Assembly (NCBI GenBank): GCA_963833125.1
Contig: CAWHWX010000028.1
Span: 95,501-159,500, forward strand
Reading direction: 5' to 3'
Origin: Candidatus Bathyarchaeota archaeon
GTDB lineage: Archaea; Thermoproteota; Bathyarchaeia; 40CM-2-53-6
DNA: 64,000 nucleotides
Both the position numbers and the translations under genes were made by a program. Each line of letters opens with the position of its first letter. Position 1 is the first letter of the stretch. Below the pieces are notes generated by a model, which saw only the letters and a list, made by a program, of their open reading frames with translations, did not search any database and was not told the DNA's origin. Positions 22,054-34,058 of the stretch are shown in pieces.

Positions 22054-22180
22054 CATATGCTATATAGAACGCAATAGCGCAACGTTGGACGTCCATAGCT
22101 GGGATGGGGGGTGGTGGTGTAATTTGTGGGGAGAACATGTTACTTTGCTGCGTTTGTCTTGTGTTTGGGTACACGTTAGG

Positions 22181-22375
22181 CTAGTTTAGTTCAGGATGTT
22201 TCTTCGTGTATCGGCAACCGCAGACTGCACAGCGTTGAAATCTTGAGTGAAATTGAAGCAAATGATGACAAACATCACAGCACGATTCTCGATGAGCCGT
22301 CCAATGATGTTCATGCAGTTGGTCGTTTGAAGGAAACATCTTAGCTGGTTGACACAACTTACAATAGTGACTCAT
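22181..22375 (-). CDS. Small Cys/His-rich zinc-finger protein
   Basis: CxxC-F-L-HxxxxH C2H2 pattern plus further CxxC pairs; typical of virus- or plasmid-derived DNA. Confidence 0.6.
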   Translation of the reverse strand: MSHYCKLCQPAKMFPSNDQLHEHHWTAHRESCCDVCHHLLQFHSRFQRCAVCGCRYTKKHPELN

Positions 22376-22472
22376 TGGGTGAAACCAAACCGCAATAGGT
22401 GTGTCGGGTTATATGCTTGGAGTGTGTTGGAAGAAAGTATTGCGGTCTTGTGAGACTCGTTGGCATTCAACT

Positions 22473-22790
22473 TCATTGGGAGCCTCCGACTTTGGGAACC
22501 TCGAGTTGCCTGAAACCACTTTGCAGAACCAAGTATTGCATTGGGCCGATCTGAATCACATCTCCGACAGATAAATTCCGAGCAAGGTCCTTCTTCTTGA
22601 AAGGAATCCCGAAAGGAGTGGGCTCCAGGCGGAACATGGAGGCGATCATGTCAGGGGTTACGAGGTTCTTGAATTCTGCCTCCCAACCCAAATCGTAGAG
22701 GTTCTCAAGCATCCACTTTTGGATCGTTGAAGTTGCTTCTATCTCCGAAGGATCCGGTTTCCCCTTGAGTAGGAAAACTTTGACCTTCAT
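22473..22790 (-). CDS. Hypothetical protein, YodL-like C-terminal motif
   Basis: Likely start MKVKV at 22790; RNLSVGDVIQIG..YLV..SGF resembles the YodL SLSVSDV motif. Confidence 0.5.
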   Translation of the reverse strand: MKVKVFLLKGKPDPSEIEATSTIQKWMLENLYDLGWEAEFKNLVTPDMIASMFRLEPTPFGIPFKKKDLARNLSVGDVIQIGPMQYLVLQSGFRQLEVPKVGGSQ

Positions 22791-23215
22791 CCGCCGACTC
22801 CCCTTGACTCGTGGAATTGATTTTCTTTTCTGGTTCCATAAGTCGCTTGCGTTGGCTGAAGAACTCGATGGCGTGTCTGCCCATCGCACTGCCCCCGCTT
22901 AGTCTCCGACTTCCTTTAACGGAAAATTTGGAGCGGGTCAGTTTGTTGCGAACGCTCCGCACTACTACACGCCTGAAGGCGCTGGGTACCTTAGCTAATG
23001 CGAATGTACGATCCTAGCGGTACATTCACGTTTTTGGCGTTGCTTGACCATGTGTCTGGTCGCCGGCGACCAACTGTATGGTCAGAAACCAACTCTTGCG
23101 ACTTTCTTAGCGGTTTTCAGGTTGCTTGGCCACTCGCTGAAGGGTTTGGATCAAGGCGTTCTCTGCCCTCAAATATGTGATCAGACCGAACCACCAAAGA
23201 ATATAACAACACTAG

Positions 23216-23267
23216 TTGGAGCCGGGGATGGGAATCATATTACTAGTTCGGTTCCGTAACAATATAA
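23216..23267 (-). repeat. att copy of the tRNA-Cys 3' end plus conserved element arm
   Basis: TTGGAGCCGGGGATGGGA is identical to 38726-38743; the following ATCATATTACTAGTTCGGTTCC..ACAATATAA is shared with 32948-32981. Confidence 0.88.
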
Positions 23268-23471
23268 GGCAATACGATTATTGAATTTCCAATGGCAAAG
23301 GAGATCAGCCTGAACTTTGGAGAAAGTTTCTCGTCCCCAAAGCTCTAGTCTCGCCTGGTCTAGTACATAGCATTTAGGCAGCCAGTAGTCTTCCAAGATA
23401 CGTACCGATGCCATCTGCCAATTGCAGTGATTTGATCTCAGTTCCATCCGCTGTACCTTTTTGTGTGTGTG

Positions 23472-24522
23472 TCAATCCGAAGTTTCAATCCACTTCTTCT
23501 GTTGCGCAGCATCGTACGCTGTATCCATGAGGCGGTTCACGACGTAGCCGTCTCGGAAGCTTTCTCGCAGTGTTTGGCCTTTAGCAATGCATTCGACAAA
23601 ATGTTGCAATTCGTACATGTAGCCTCCGGTTTCAAACTCACGCCAAGTTGGAAACATCCAACCCCTACCCACATCAGCCTTCTCGACGATGTAACCAGAA
23701 CGACCCTCTGGTGCAGCCGTGAAGAGCCTAATGCCAGTTTCACGGGTGGCGTCAATGAAGATTGCACCGTCACTCCCGTAAACTTCCACTCGAACATCAA
23801 ATCCACCTTTTGCCGACCAACTGTTTTCACACTGTCCAAGGGACCCGTCTTCGAATTTCAAGAGCACAAGGCTATTGTCCTCGCCCTTTATTTTATGAAC
23901 GAGAGTTGCTGTCCAAGCTGCAACCTCCGTCGGTTTCTTCTTGTTGACGAGATATCGGACGGCTTCTATAGTGTGGCAACCCATGTCCGATAGCACTCCG
24001 CCACCTGCGAGATTGGGATCCCAGAACCAATTGCTGTGTGGTCCAGAATGTGCTTCCCTTGCTCTAATCCATGTGAGCTTACCGATGGCTCCGCTGCTGA
24101 TGAATTCGAAAGCGACGAGTTATCTGTGGAATGAAAACCTGATTCTCCGCGTAGCAATTGAGAACTCCATGTTTTTCCACAGCGTCAAGCGCCTTTTTCG
24201 CTTCGGCCCCATTGCGGGCGAGAGGCTTCTCGCATATAATGTGCTTATGATTTTCAGCTGCCGTTATGATCGTTTGCAGATGGAAATTGTTCGGTATTCC
24301 GATGTCTACAACATCGACATCCGGATCTCTGCACATCTTCTCTATGGCATCATCACCGTGGTAGACTTTACTTATGTTCCATCGTTTCGCGAACTCCACG
24401 GTGTCTTCTATCCCAGCAACAGCAACCACGTTTGCAAGTTTGATTTCCGAGTAGGCAGGCATGTGAAAAGTGTTCTGTACGAAACCTGTTCCCACAATTC
24501 CAACATTCACCTTCTGTGACAT
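23472..24522 (-). CDS. Gfo/Idh/MocA oxidoreductase (frameshifted)
   Basis: VGIVGTG, CEKPLA and DMGCH motifs spread over 2-3 frames. Confidence 0.85.
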
Positions 24523-24632
24523 AGACTTGACTGACCTCTTGTTATTCAGAGATGGCAAGTCCGTTTAAAAGATTCGGCTCCGTAAGGATGAAAACTAGCC
24601 AAGCACGATCTGTCAAATCCTCGGGTGATGCT

Positions 24633-25576
24633 CTAACTCCACCAGTCCATCACGAATACATCGGATCTGTTGTACGCCGGTTCATTTGGTTTGTGCATCG
24701 TAACGTAAAGAGTTGATGTGAAGAAGCCTGTCTCTATCATGGTCTTATAGGCTTCGTGGCGTTCCATATTCATTCCAGCTGTAATATTCACCAATCCTTT
24801 ACTCACAGCGAAGGCCTCGCAGGTTTTCAGGAGTCTTTCGAAATCTGTGTGTTGATTAGATGATGGCTTAACTGCCCCAAATTTCACATAACAGTTTCCA
24901 CTCCCTGCTTCTGTATACGCGGTCCGCAGTGACAGATAGCAAAACCAGCAAGTTCGGGGCCGTCCCAAAGCAGAATTGTATCGCCTAAAGCCTGATGGTA
25001 AACGGATCGTATCTCCGTTGAAAGATCCAAACCGCCGTAAATCGAATTGCTCACACGAAACGTTTGCTCAATACATTCTCGCTTTTCTTCTTTCCCAAGA
25101 GCCGAGAAAGTTGAGATCGCGAGTAAGTCTTCGCTTGGCTTAACGGGTTTTGTCATAATTGCAGTTAGGCATCTTGGCCAGAAACCATACTTCTGATAAA
25201 GATGAATGTGCTTCGGGCTCTCAGGTTGAGTGACAAGACCAGCTTGCGATATGTGCCACTGTTCAAACAGATCCTCCGCTCTTTCAACCAGACGGGAAGC
25301 AACACCTTTACCCCATAGGTGGGGGTGAACAGCCATTCTACCGACAAAACTCACACTACCCCATCTCGTCACAACAACCGTTCCACGAACGGTTCCTTCG
25401 GCTTCCGTGACGAGGATAACGCTAGTGCTACCTCTCCATCGGGAAGCTATCATGTCTCTGTCGCCAAAGGTTTCAAGAGGGTTAGTGAGCCCATATTGAG
25501 TCCCGAAGGTTAGTCGAAGTAGGCGATCCGCTTCGTCCAGCTCTTCTTCTCTGACTGGTCGAACGAGAATATCCAT
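24633..25576 (-). CDS. GNAT acetyltransferase with two GNAT domains (frameshifted)
   Basis: MAVHPHLWGKGVASRL and LYQKYGF motifs; C-terminal part in ORF 24633-24968. Confidence 0.82.
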
Positions 25577-25725
25577 GACACTCTTTCTATCTGAAGTTCA
25601 TAAAATCCTTAACGCAAGAGGGCGGAAGTGTTGTGGTGTGAATGCACTGGGACGATAACCTGAGCCCCCCTCTTTGCCTAGTTAATCTTCAGGTACTGTT
25701 CTGTCTTAGAAGTAGGCGTCCATTG

Positions 25726-26756
25726 TCACCGCTCGCCCCGTTTGATAGAATCCAGCGCTCCGAACATCATTGCCAAGCTTCTAATGTTGTCTTGGGCACT
25801 GGTCTCCGGTTCCTTATCTTCGACAATGGATCGTGCAAACTCATGTAATGAGTAAGATCTGTCTTCTAGTGGCATGGGTATCAGTTCTGGTTCGAGGGTG
25901 GAAGCTCTCTCGGTCATTCCCCGCGTGTATACGCTCTTGAATGTGCGGGTCGGTTCTTGGAGTGTGACGTGAAGTCCGGTTTCGTTCCAGCATATTTCTC
26001 CTTCCGAGCCTTCGATGCGCCAATCACCATTCCACGTTGTTTCCCATCCTCGTGAAACCCAGCTGCCAAAGTAATTCACTCGAATATCGTTTTTCATTTC
26101 AACCGAGACTTCAACTGTAGGGTTTCCATCAAACCAACTCCATTTCGGCCTCCAGCTCTTCGCGTAGATGCTAACGGGATCTACTCCGAGCAGATACCTC
26201 ATGAGATCGAAATGGTGAATCACCATCTCAGTGATAATTGGTTCGGGTAGTTTGAGGTAGTATATTCCCGTGAAAGGTGGTGCCTTGTGGAAGTTGACCG
26301 TAGCGTACCCCGCTTCACCCACAAACTCATCCTGCACAAGTTTTCTTATTGTTTGCTGGCGAACTCCTATACCTATAATTCTGGCTTACCATTAACTTCA
26401 ACTTCGTCTTCTCTGCTGCCCGTCTCATTTCCCTCGCAGTTTTCCATCGTATCCGCCAATGGTTTTTCAATTAGGACATGCATGCCAGCATTCAAAGCAG
26501 CAATTGCGACTTCCGAATGGTAGTTTGCAGGTACAACTCCTAAGACCGCATCGGCGTCAACCTCTTTCAGTACACGACCAAGATCCGTGTAACACTTTGA
26601 ACTCGGAATTCCATTCTTAGCGGCGGTTCTCTGCAAATTGGCCTTGGATACATCAACGTAGGCAACAACTTCGAAATCTTCGGATTGTCGAGCTATTGAT
26701 GCCCAACTCTCACCCCAGCCACCAACTCCAACCTGAATAAGATTCAGCTTAGTCAT
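25726..26756 (-). CDS. Gfo/Idh/MocA oxidoreductase (frameshifted)
   Basis: VGVGGWG, HVLIEKPLA and EMVIHHFD motifs. Confidence 0.85.
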
Positions 26757-26831
26757 GGAACAACTCGCATCCGAACGAATGGCGATTCGTTCGTGACCTC
26801 AAATCTCGTGAGGAGTTTTGCTCAAAAGTTT

Positions 26832-27645
26832 TCAGTTAAGTAATTTCAGTAGGTACTCTTTGGTCCGCACTGCCGAGGTATCGCCTTCGCCTTGTTCTAG
26901 TTCGGCTGAAAGGTATCCTGAGTAATTGATCTCTCGCAAAGCCTTGACGATTGACTTGAAATCTATGTTCCCCTCTCCCGGTACCAAATGTGCATCTCTA
27001 GTTGAGTCATTGTCGTGTATGTGTACGTGTATTATCTTGTCCCTCATCTTCAGCACCGATTTCGGTATGTCTTCCTTCACTACGTGGAGATGCCCTATGT
27101 CCAGTAGGAGTTGTAGACCGGGACTGTTGACCTCTCGCAGCATCTTGTCAGCGAGGTCTGAGGTGGAGATCAAGTTGCCTGGTTCTGGTTCCAGACCGAT
27201 TATTCTCTTGTGGCTCTTCGCATAGTCCCACGCATTCTTCCAGTTCAGCCTTGAGCCAGTTCCATTGATCCCTTTCGTTTGTGCCTTCAATCATTGGGGT
27301 TCCTGTTACAATTTCTACCAGAGGTGCTTCGAGGTCTACGGCTAGGTCGACACATTCTTCCACGTGCCGAACTGTCGCTGATCTCACTCTCGGATTTGGA
27401 TGGGTGAAGTGCCACTGGGGTGTGCCATTGAATGAGGTAATCGCAGCGACTTTCAATCCAAGCGACTTGGCCTCTGATAGTATCTTCTTTTTTTGCGAAT
27501 TGTCATAATCTTCTGGCAACATGTGCGGACGGTTGGCAACTATTTCGATTGCGTCATAACCCAATTTCGCAGTTCTGTCTATGGCGATTTCAATTGGGTA
27601 ACGAATGTAAGCGAACGAACTTAAGCAGAGTTTCAAGTCCCTCAT
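26832..27645 (-). CDS. Sugar phosphate isomerase/epimerase (TIM barrel, FrlC-like; frameshifted)
   Basis: YPIEIAIDRTAKLGYDAIEIVANRPH, GLEPEP, LDIGH, HVHIHD, HLVPGEG and SAELE motifs. Confidence 0.82.
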
Positions 27646-27653
27646 CCTGGCTG

Positions 27654-28700
27654 CTACGGAAGAAGTACGGTCTTAAGGGTTTTCTTCGAATCGAATAGTT
27701 GAAACGCTTCAGACGCTTTAGCTAGCGGAAATCGATGTGTGACGGTTTCAGCCAACCGAATTTTCTTTCGGTTAACTAATCGAATCATCTCATCGAAATC
27801 GGCAATGTTGAAGTACCACGAACCTCTGATGGTCAAGTCCTTCGTGATGACTTGTTCTACTGGCTTAATTTCTGTTCTGTGCCCCCATCCGACGAACGCT
27901 ACTTTTCCATGCGGGGCAACACATTCTAACGCTTCACTTTCCGCAATCGCACTACCCGAACAGTCGATTGACTTACTGACAGCCTCGTCACCAAGCATTG
28001 AGTTGATCGACTCAACTACATTGACATCTCCCAAGTTCTGCAATGTATAGTCACATCCTAGCTTCTTGACGTGTTGTAGTCGCTCTTTCACTGGATCTAT
28101 GCCGATTACCGCGGCGCCGAGGGATTTACAAACCATTGCCTCACAAACTCCAATTGGACCCATGCCGAAAATCGCAACATTGTCGAAAGGACCGACTTCC
28201 AGTTTTTTTGCAGCGGAGTAGGTTGTTCCCAGGAGATCGGTAGTAAGGCTCCCGTCAATGAAATCCATCCAAGCAGGTATCTTCAAGCAGTTTCTCGCCG
28301 GGGTTAACAGAAGCTCAGCATCGGCGCCATTCATGTCAAACCCAAAACATTTCGCCTCCTTACAGAACATCCATTCACCAGCACGACATCCGTTGCAATG
28401 ATTGCAACTTACGAATGTGTAAACTGCCACTCGATCGCCTACGATTACCGAATCAACGCCTGGCCCCACTTTCTCAACTAACCCGCATCCTTGGTGGCCC
28501 GGTATAACAGAACCATGGCCCTTTGTTCCAACCCCAGCATGCTGTCTCCCGTGGTACGGGTCTAGGTCCGCGGCGCATAGTGCCGCTGCTTTTATTCTAA
28601 CCACAATCCTCCCCATAAGAGGGAGTAGGATCAGGAAAATCGATATAACGGACTTGTTCCGGGCCCGTGAATGAAATGGCCTTCGTGTAGTTTTCCTCTT
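27654..28700 (-). CDS. Zn-dependent (MDR) alcohol/polyol dehydrogenase (N-terminus frameshifted; start approximate)
   Basis: LCAADL, GHQGCG, CxxCxxC structural Zn site and GMGPIG Rossmann motif. Confidence 0.88.
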   Translation of the reverse strand, partial: KRKTTRRPFHSRARNKSVISIFLILLPLMGRIVVRIKAAALCAADLDPYHGRQHAGVGTKGHGSVIPGHQGCGLVEKVGPGVDSVIVGDRVAVYTFVSCNHCNGCRAGEWMFCKEAKCFGFDMNGADAELLLTPARNCLKIPAWMDFIDGSLTTDLLGTTYSAAKKLEVGPFDNVAIFGMGPIGVCEAMVCKSLGAAVIGIDPVKERLQHVKKLGCDYTLQNLGDVNVVESINSMLGDEAVSKSIDCSGSAIAESEALECVAPHGKVAFVGWGHRTEIKPVEQVITKDLTIRGSWYFNIADFDEMIRLVNRKKIRLAETVTHRFPLAKASEAFQLFDSKKTLKTVLLP

Positions 28701-28716
28701 CGTTGAATTCGGCAGC

Positions 28717-30308
28717 CTATTCTGGTGGGATTGACATATACAGCAAGGAGAGGTCGATTCCCTCTCTGGCCCTATAGTACTTTGCCACCCCGTAAATAAC
28801 TAGGGGTATGGCGAAACTGGCAAAGATAATCGCATACGATCCCAGGCTAGTTGGTCCGATAGCTGGAGTTACTGATGCGGCGTAGATTAGGAAGACTAGA
28901 AATGCAGCCGATAAGGCGGATAGGATTGAAACTACGGGGACCTTTGCGATGTTTATCTTCCAAATGCTATTTTCATACAAATCCTTCCTTCGATATGGGT
29001 AGACAATTCCAGCGATCGCAACTAGCAGTAGGTCTGCGGCAAACCAAATCGTGCCGTTGAGGAAGAATGAGAGATATGGAGTATAGGCTGCAAAATAAAG
29101 CGCGATAAGAGACCCGATTCCTGCCACTATCGCCACGTAAATCGGTGAGGCTGTACGGGCTGATACTCTTGCAAATATTTCGGGCATAACTCTGTCAAAC
29201 GCCCAAGCGAACATTGACCGGCTAGCTGTGAGAAGAAATGCGAGCATATTGAGTACCATAGCTAATGCCATATAGACTGAGATAATCGATAACAAGACCA
29301 CATTATTAGTGAGCAAACCAGCGTAGAAGTTAATCCAAGGAGGAGCGCTCAGCGGATAATGGGACGTTCAAAGAACAAATAGCCTGAAGCGCTGAGAAAG
29401 TCATAACCCGCAGTTTTCATCAACAGTTCCCCTCCGATCCAGTCCATTATGCCGCAGAACAGGAATCCTCCCATCAATGCCAGTGGGATTGTCTTCCGCG
29501 CGCCGATCTCACCTCGCCAGCCACATACACCGGATATGTTGGCCCCTGTCCTAAGAATACGAAGGCCGGCGCAGACGCTAACATGGTCGCGAATAATGCG
29601 GGGCGTACCGATGTCCAACCATTTTGCGAGGCGGTTTGAATAATCCCAGAATATGTGGCAACTCCGTCTCGGTTTCTGGTTAAAGTTGGCGATGAAAGTC
29701 GCATTACTATTTAGCGCAAGCAGACCGAACACGACGACTACTCCTATCATACTTACAAAGAACAGAACCCGGTTCACTTGCGAAATGATCTTTATGCGTA
29801 GAGCCAACACAGCGGTCATGAAGAGAACCACGACAACACCTATCGCAAATGCAGTATTCACATCCGTAAATTGAACTGCAAGGCTAGAAATGGCCGGATT
29901 TTGCAATGAAAATCCCATTGCTGCAAATCCTGGAGCAAGCATGAGAGTTGAAAGATAATAGGAGTCTAAGCCTATCGCAAAAAAGCACTCAGCGTTATTG
30001 AGAAGTTCATTATGAAACCATAACCTGGACTTATGGTCCTGCCCAGGAAGACATAGTCCCCCGCCCAGATCGAGGCATAGCCGTCGCGAAGTAAACATAT
30101 ACCGCCGCAATTAGCAGTCCAGGTATTAATGCTGCAAGGAATGTAAAAGCTGGATCTGCACGGGGTATAGATACCCAAAGAATCCATACCCTGCGGCACC
30201 ACCAAATGGAATATCCGAAATCCCCACAGCGATTATGAAAGCGTCTAGCGCTGTCAGATCCCTTACAAGACCTGTTGCTTCCCGGACAAAGACCTTGGGC
30301 TTAGACAT
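28717..30308 (-). CDS. APC family amino acid permease (multiple frameshifts)
   Basis: VFVREATGLVRD N-terminus, SRSMFAWAFDRVMP and C-terminal IPPE; hydrophobic fragments in several frames. Confidence 0.82.
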
Positions 30309-30566
30309 TCTTTCACAGTGAAAGAATTTCCAGCAACCTGTATTTATGTTATTGCCTTCTTCATCAAGTCATCTTCTCTCCCTTGATTATAGTTGTGTTT
30401 TTCAGTCGTGCGACCTGAAATTGTTCCTAATTTGGAAATTTGAAAAATAATACTAATCTTGACATATGATGCGTCGTGTGACCGTATGTTGTCGAGGAAG
30501 ATTTGAAAAATAAATCTTCTTCACGCCATACAATCGAAAGTCCTTATTATGTAGTAACTCCCGTGT

Positions 30567-31668
30567 GTGATTGCAGTACGACCGAAATTGAGCAAGATCC
30601 GGGTCGGTCTTATCGGGCTGGGTATGATTTCCAAGAACCATTTAAGTGCTTACCAGAAGATAGGTGAAATCGCTGAGATTGTTGCCGTTGCCGACGTAAG
30701 AAAAGAATTGGTGCAGCGAACTGCAAAAGAAGTAGCTGCAGAGAGTTACTATGATTATCGGGAATTGCTTCAAGACGACAAGGTTGACGCTGTCGATATT
30801 ATGCTCCCACACAACCTGCATCTTCAGGCAGCAGTCGACGCTGCGGCGGCAGGGAAGGACATATTTATCGAGAAACCACTTGCCAGAACTGCAGCCGAAG
30901 CAACCAAAATCGTCGAAGCAACGGACCGTGCTGGCGTAAGACTGATGATCGGAAACAATCTGCTCTTTCATCCGGGTGTCCAAAAAGCACGTGAGCTAAT
31001 CGAAAAGAAATATCTGGGCAAAATTGTCCTCGAAAGCATGGTCATTAGGGTGGTTCCTTTACAATGTTGGTATATCCAAGTATCGAAAGTCTGTCGAGCA
31101 AACGGGGGGTGGTAGCCTAATTGACACGGGAACTCATTTCATCTATTTGCTGCGAAACCTTGTGGGTGACGTGGAATCTGTCGCTTGCTGCACAGGCAAC
31201 CTGCTAAATGATCTTCACAAGAGTGTCGACCACGTTGACTTCGTACCTGAAGGAGAAGATACAGCTGTTCTTATTTTCAGATTTAGGAACTCGGCGCTTG
31301 GAGAACTCACAGTGAGTTATTCCACTGCTGGTTAGAAGGATGGGAAATGTTTTGGCCTTATGGGTGGGATCAGCGACTTCAATTATACGGATCGGAAGAT
31401 ACCCTCTCACTAGATCTTCCAAACCTCACTCTCTCTGTCTCCTCTGAGAAGGACCTACAAGGTGATGTTAAGGGGAGGATTTCAATTCCCGTGGCGGGTG
31501 ACTATGGTGAAACCTTCGATGGTGAGATCAAACATTTCGTCGAAGGAAGTACTTCATAAAACGGATTTTATGAAAGGCGTTCGAGGGCAGGACGCAGTCG
31601 AAGATCTAAGAGTGATCGAAGCAGCCTACAAGTCTTCCAAACTTGGAAGCATGACACAAATCAACTGA
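30567..31668 (+). CDS. Gfo/Idh/MocA oxidoreductase (frameshifted)
   Basis: VGLIGLG, IEKPLA, GGGSLIDTGTH and IEAAYKS motifs across frames. Confidence 0.85.
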
Positions 31669-31773
31669 ACTCAATTCATATTGATTAAGAGCATAATGTG
31701 AAACGTGCATCTTGAAGATGTCGTTGAAGCTTAAATTAAAGCAAGGGTCTCCGATCTCGAGGAAGCTTCGGAC

Positions 31774-32681
31774 TTGGGTCAATTCTTCGTGGGTCTAAAC
31801 AACACATGGGCTGTGAAGAGATTCGCTGAACCTGAGGTTTGGGCGGAAATTGCAGCGACAAAAATGGACGTCGATCTCATACAGTTTTCATTCGATCTAC
31901 TCGACCCAATGATTGGCGAAGACTGTCCTAAACGAAATGATACCAAGAACGCTAGATTCTTGCACGAAGTACGGAATAAAACTGCAAAGTTGTTTTACAG
32001 GCGTTATCGGATACACCAACAATCTTCTGTTACATCCCTCCTCGAAAATGAGAAAACACGCATTTGACTGGTACTCAAGCGCCGTCGGCATCAGCGGGAG
32101 GCTCCATGTGGAAACTGTAGGAGGCCATATGGGAGCGCTAACATTGAAGGATTTCAACGATACACGGCGGCGGGAGTCTCTGCTTTCGGAGCAAGTGGAG
32201 CATGTCACATCTTTGTCTCGATTATGTAAGGAGGCAGGATTGGAGACGCTATTATGGGAACACATGCCTGTATCCAGAGAACCACCATCGACAATTGATG
32301 AGGCACGAAACCTACTACAACGAGTCAACAGAAACTCATCTGTCCCTGTCAAGTTATGTATCGATGTGGGTCATGCGTGCAATCCGAATGTGAAGGACCC
32401 TCGTGACAGAGACCCGTACACGTGGCTAAGCGAATTAGGTTCAGAATCTCCGTGCGTTCATCTTCAACAGACAGACGGAAAGGGAGATAGACACTGGCCT
32501 TTCACGGATGAATTCAACAAGCTAGGAGTAATTGACGGAAAGAGGATCATTTCATCGCTTGAGGAGAGGCGCTGGCAGGACGTATCTTTATCTCGAAGCA
32601 ATTCCAGCATTTGAACAAGACGATAATCAAGTAATCGAAGATATGACTAAGAGCATACAGTACTGGAAAGAATACGTGTAA
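31774..32681 (+). CDS. TIM-barrel sugar-phosphate epimerase, EryC-like (frameshifted)
   Basis: GLNNTWAVKRFAEPEVW, WEHMP, IDVGH and HLQQTDGKGDRHWPF motifs. Confidence 0.75.
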
Positions 32682-32930
32682 TTTGTATGCAATCGCACCA
32701 CTACTCTCAAATTTGCTGCCCCAGTCTTCAAGTCAAGCTTTGGGTTACACTTGATATGTAGTTACGAGGCGTTTTTGCATAAACCCCGGAAGTGCCCATT
32801 TCGACGGCACTCTGAACGCAGTTATTGTTTCTCTTGACGGAAAACTGCGGAACTATATGTTCGTGAACGGATAGAAACGTCGTGAAATTTTTAGATATTT
32901 GTCAGGTCGCAACCTGGTGTAGATAATATT

Positions 32931-32981
32931 TGGAGTCCGAGATGGGAATCATATTACTAGTTCGGTTCCTTGACAATATAA
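32931..32981 (-). repeat. Degenerate att copy of the tRNA-Cys 3' end plus conserved arm
   Basis: TGGAGTCCGAGATGGGAATCATATTACTAGTTCGGTTCCTTGACAATATAA is near-identical to 23217-23267. Confidence 0.85.
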
Positions 32982-33428
32982 ATTGTCGAAGTAACACGGT
33001 TCTGTTAACAGAACCAGTAATACCCCAGGATTGGTTGATGCTTGCGTAGCTGAGGTCTACGTGCGCCGAGAGAGAACCCGGATGTGCAACTTCTTATTCG
33101 GATTGCTTTTTCGATGTCTCATTTAGTCCGGGATAGGTGACCCACAAGCCGCGAATAGAATTGTGAAAGAAGATCAATTGATTTAACCTCTACAAACTCG
33201 TCGGGACCATGCAGATTACCTCCTCGTTCGGAATGCAATCATCTTTTCGCCGCTAATGCTCTCGACAATCAATCCTGTTTCTGCATCTTTGTCAAGCGTC
33301 TTTAGAAGTACAGGTTTAGCGTCTGGCAATTGATAACGTAAACTACTTTCCGTAAGCACAATTATGCTTTTTGCCTAAGCAAAAGCTCGATAAACAGGAG
33401 TTCACTTACCACGCTAGCGGTTTGAGAC

Positions 33429-33803
33429 TTGGATGTCGAGAAGTTCGCTCAAGAAGCGTTCAGGCGCGACAGCAAGATTCGATATGTGGGAGTCGTGGAC
33501 AGCCAGTTTCATCTTCTCCTCTCAAAGATGCGTGAGGGGGTTGAGAGCATATCTACTGCGGATGATGATCGAAGTTTCGTGCAACTCATGCCTCCCATCA
33601 TCGTCGATGCAGCCGAAAAGCTGCAACATATACTTGGCAACTTGGAGTCTGTGACGATCCGATATGAGAAAGTCCTCCTCGTATTCTTTAGGGTCAAGAA
33701 ACTTGTTGTAGTCCTTAGTTACAACCCAGAAGTTACGACGCCGTTCATTAGCGCCTCCTCAGACCTCATAGGAATGTTAGGAACAACCTATCTTGGCGAG
33801 TAA
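33429..33803 (+). CDS. Roadblock/profilin-like small protein (similar to a family common in Nitrososphaerota)
   Basis: DSKIRYVGVVD...MREG...LGNLESVTIRYEKV pattern. Confidence 0.6.
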   Translation: MDVEKFAQEAFRRDSKIRYVGVVDSQFHLLLSKMREGVESISTADDDRSFVQLMPPIIVDAAEKLQHILGNLESVTIRYEKVLLVFFRVKKLVVVLSYNPEVTTPFISASSDLIGMLGTTYLGE

Positions 33804-34058
33804 GATTTAGTGCTTTTATCCTCATGATTCTTGGAGGCATTTTGAATCAAAGTCAACCACTTGTCTTTTCATTCCACTTTGATTTTCGCAACTTCGGCGG
33901 GTGACTTACCTTTCACGCTCGATGTGGTCGAATGTTAATTGCGTTGTCCGCGCAAGCATACAATCGTCGTTCTCAAAAGCAAAGATTAGAGGGAACAGAG
34001 TTCAAATTGCGGATTTCGTAACCGGCTGATCGGACTAGGTTTAGGACTGAGTAACTTT

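Noticed and set aside
23461-23472. TTGTGTGTGTG run at the end of the sugar cluster as another repeat copy
   Set aside because: Only one arm is present, without the TGGTGCG centre; at most a half-site.
32687-32714. CGCACCACTACTCT after the epimerase gene resembles the repeat centre
   Set aside because: Both arms are missing; could be a chance match.
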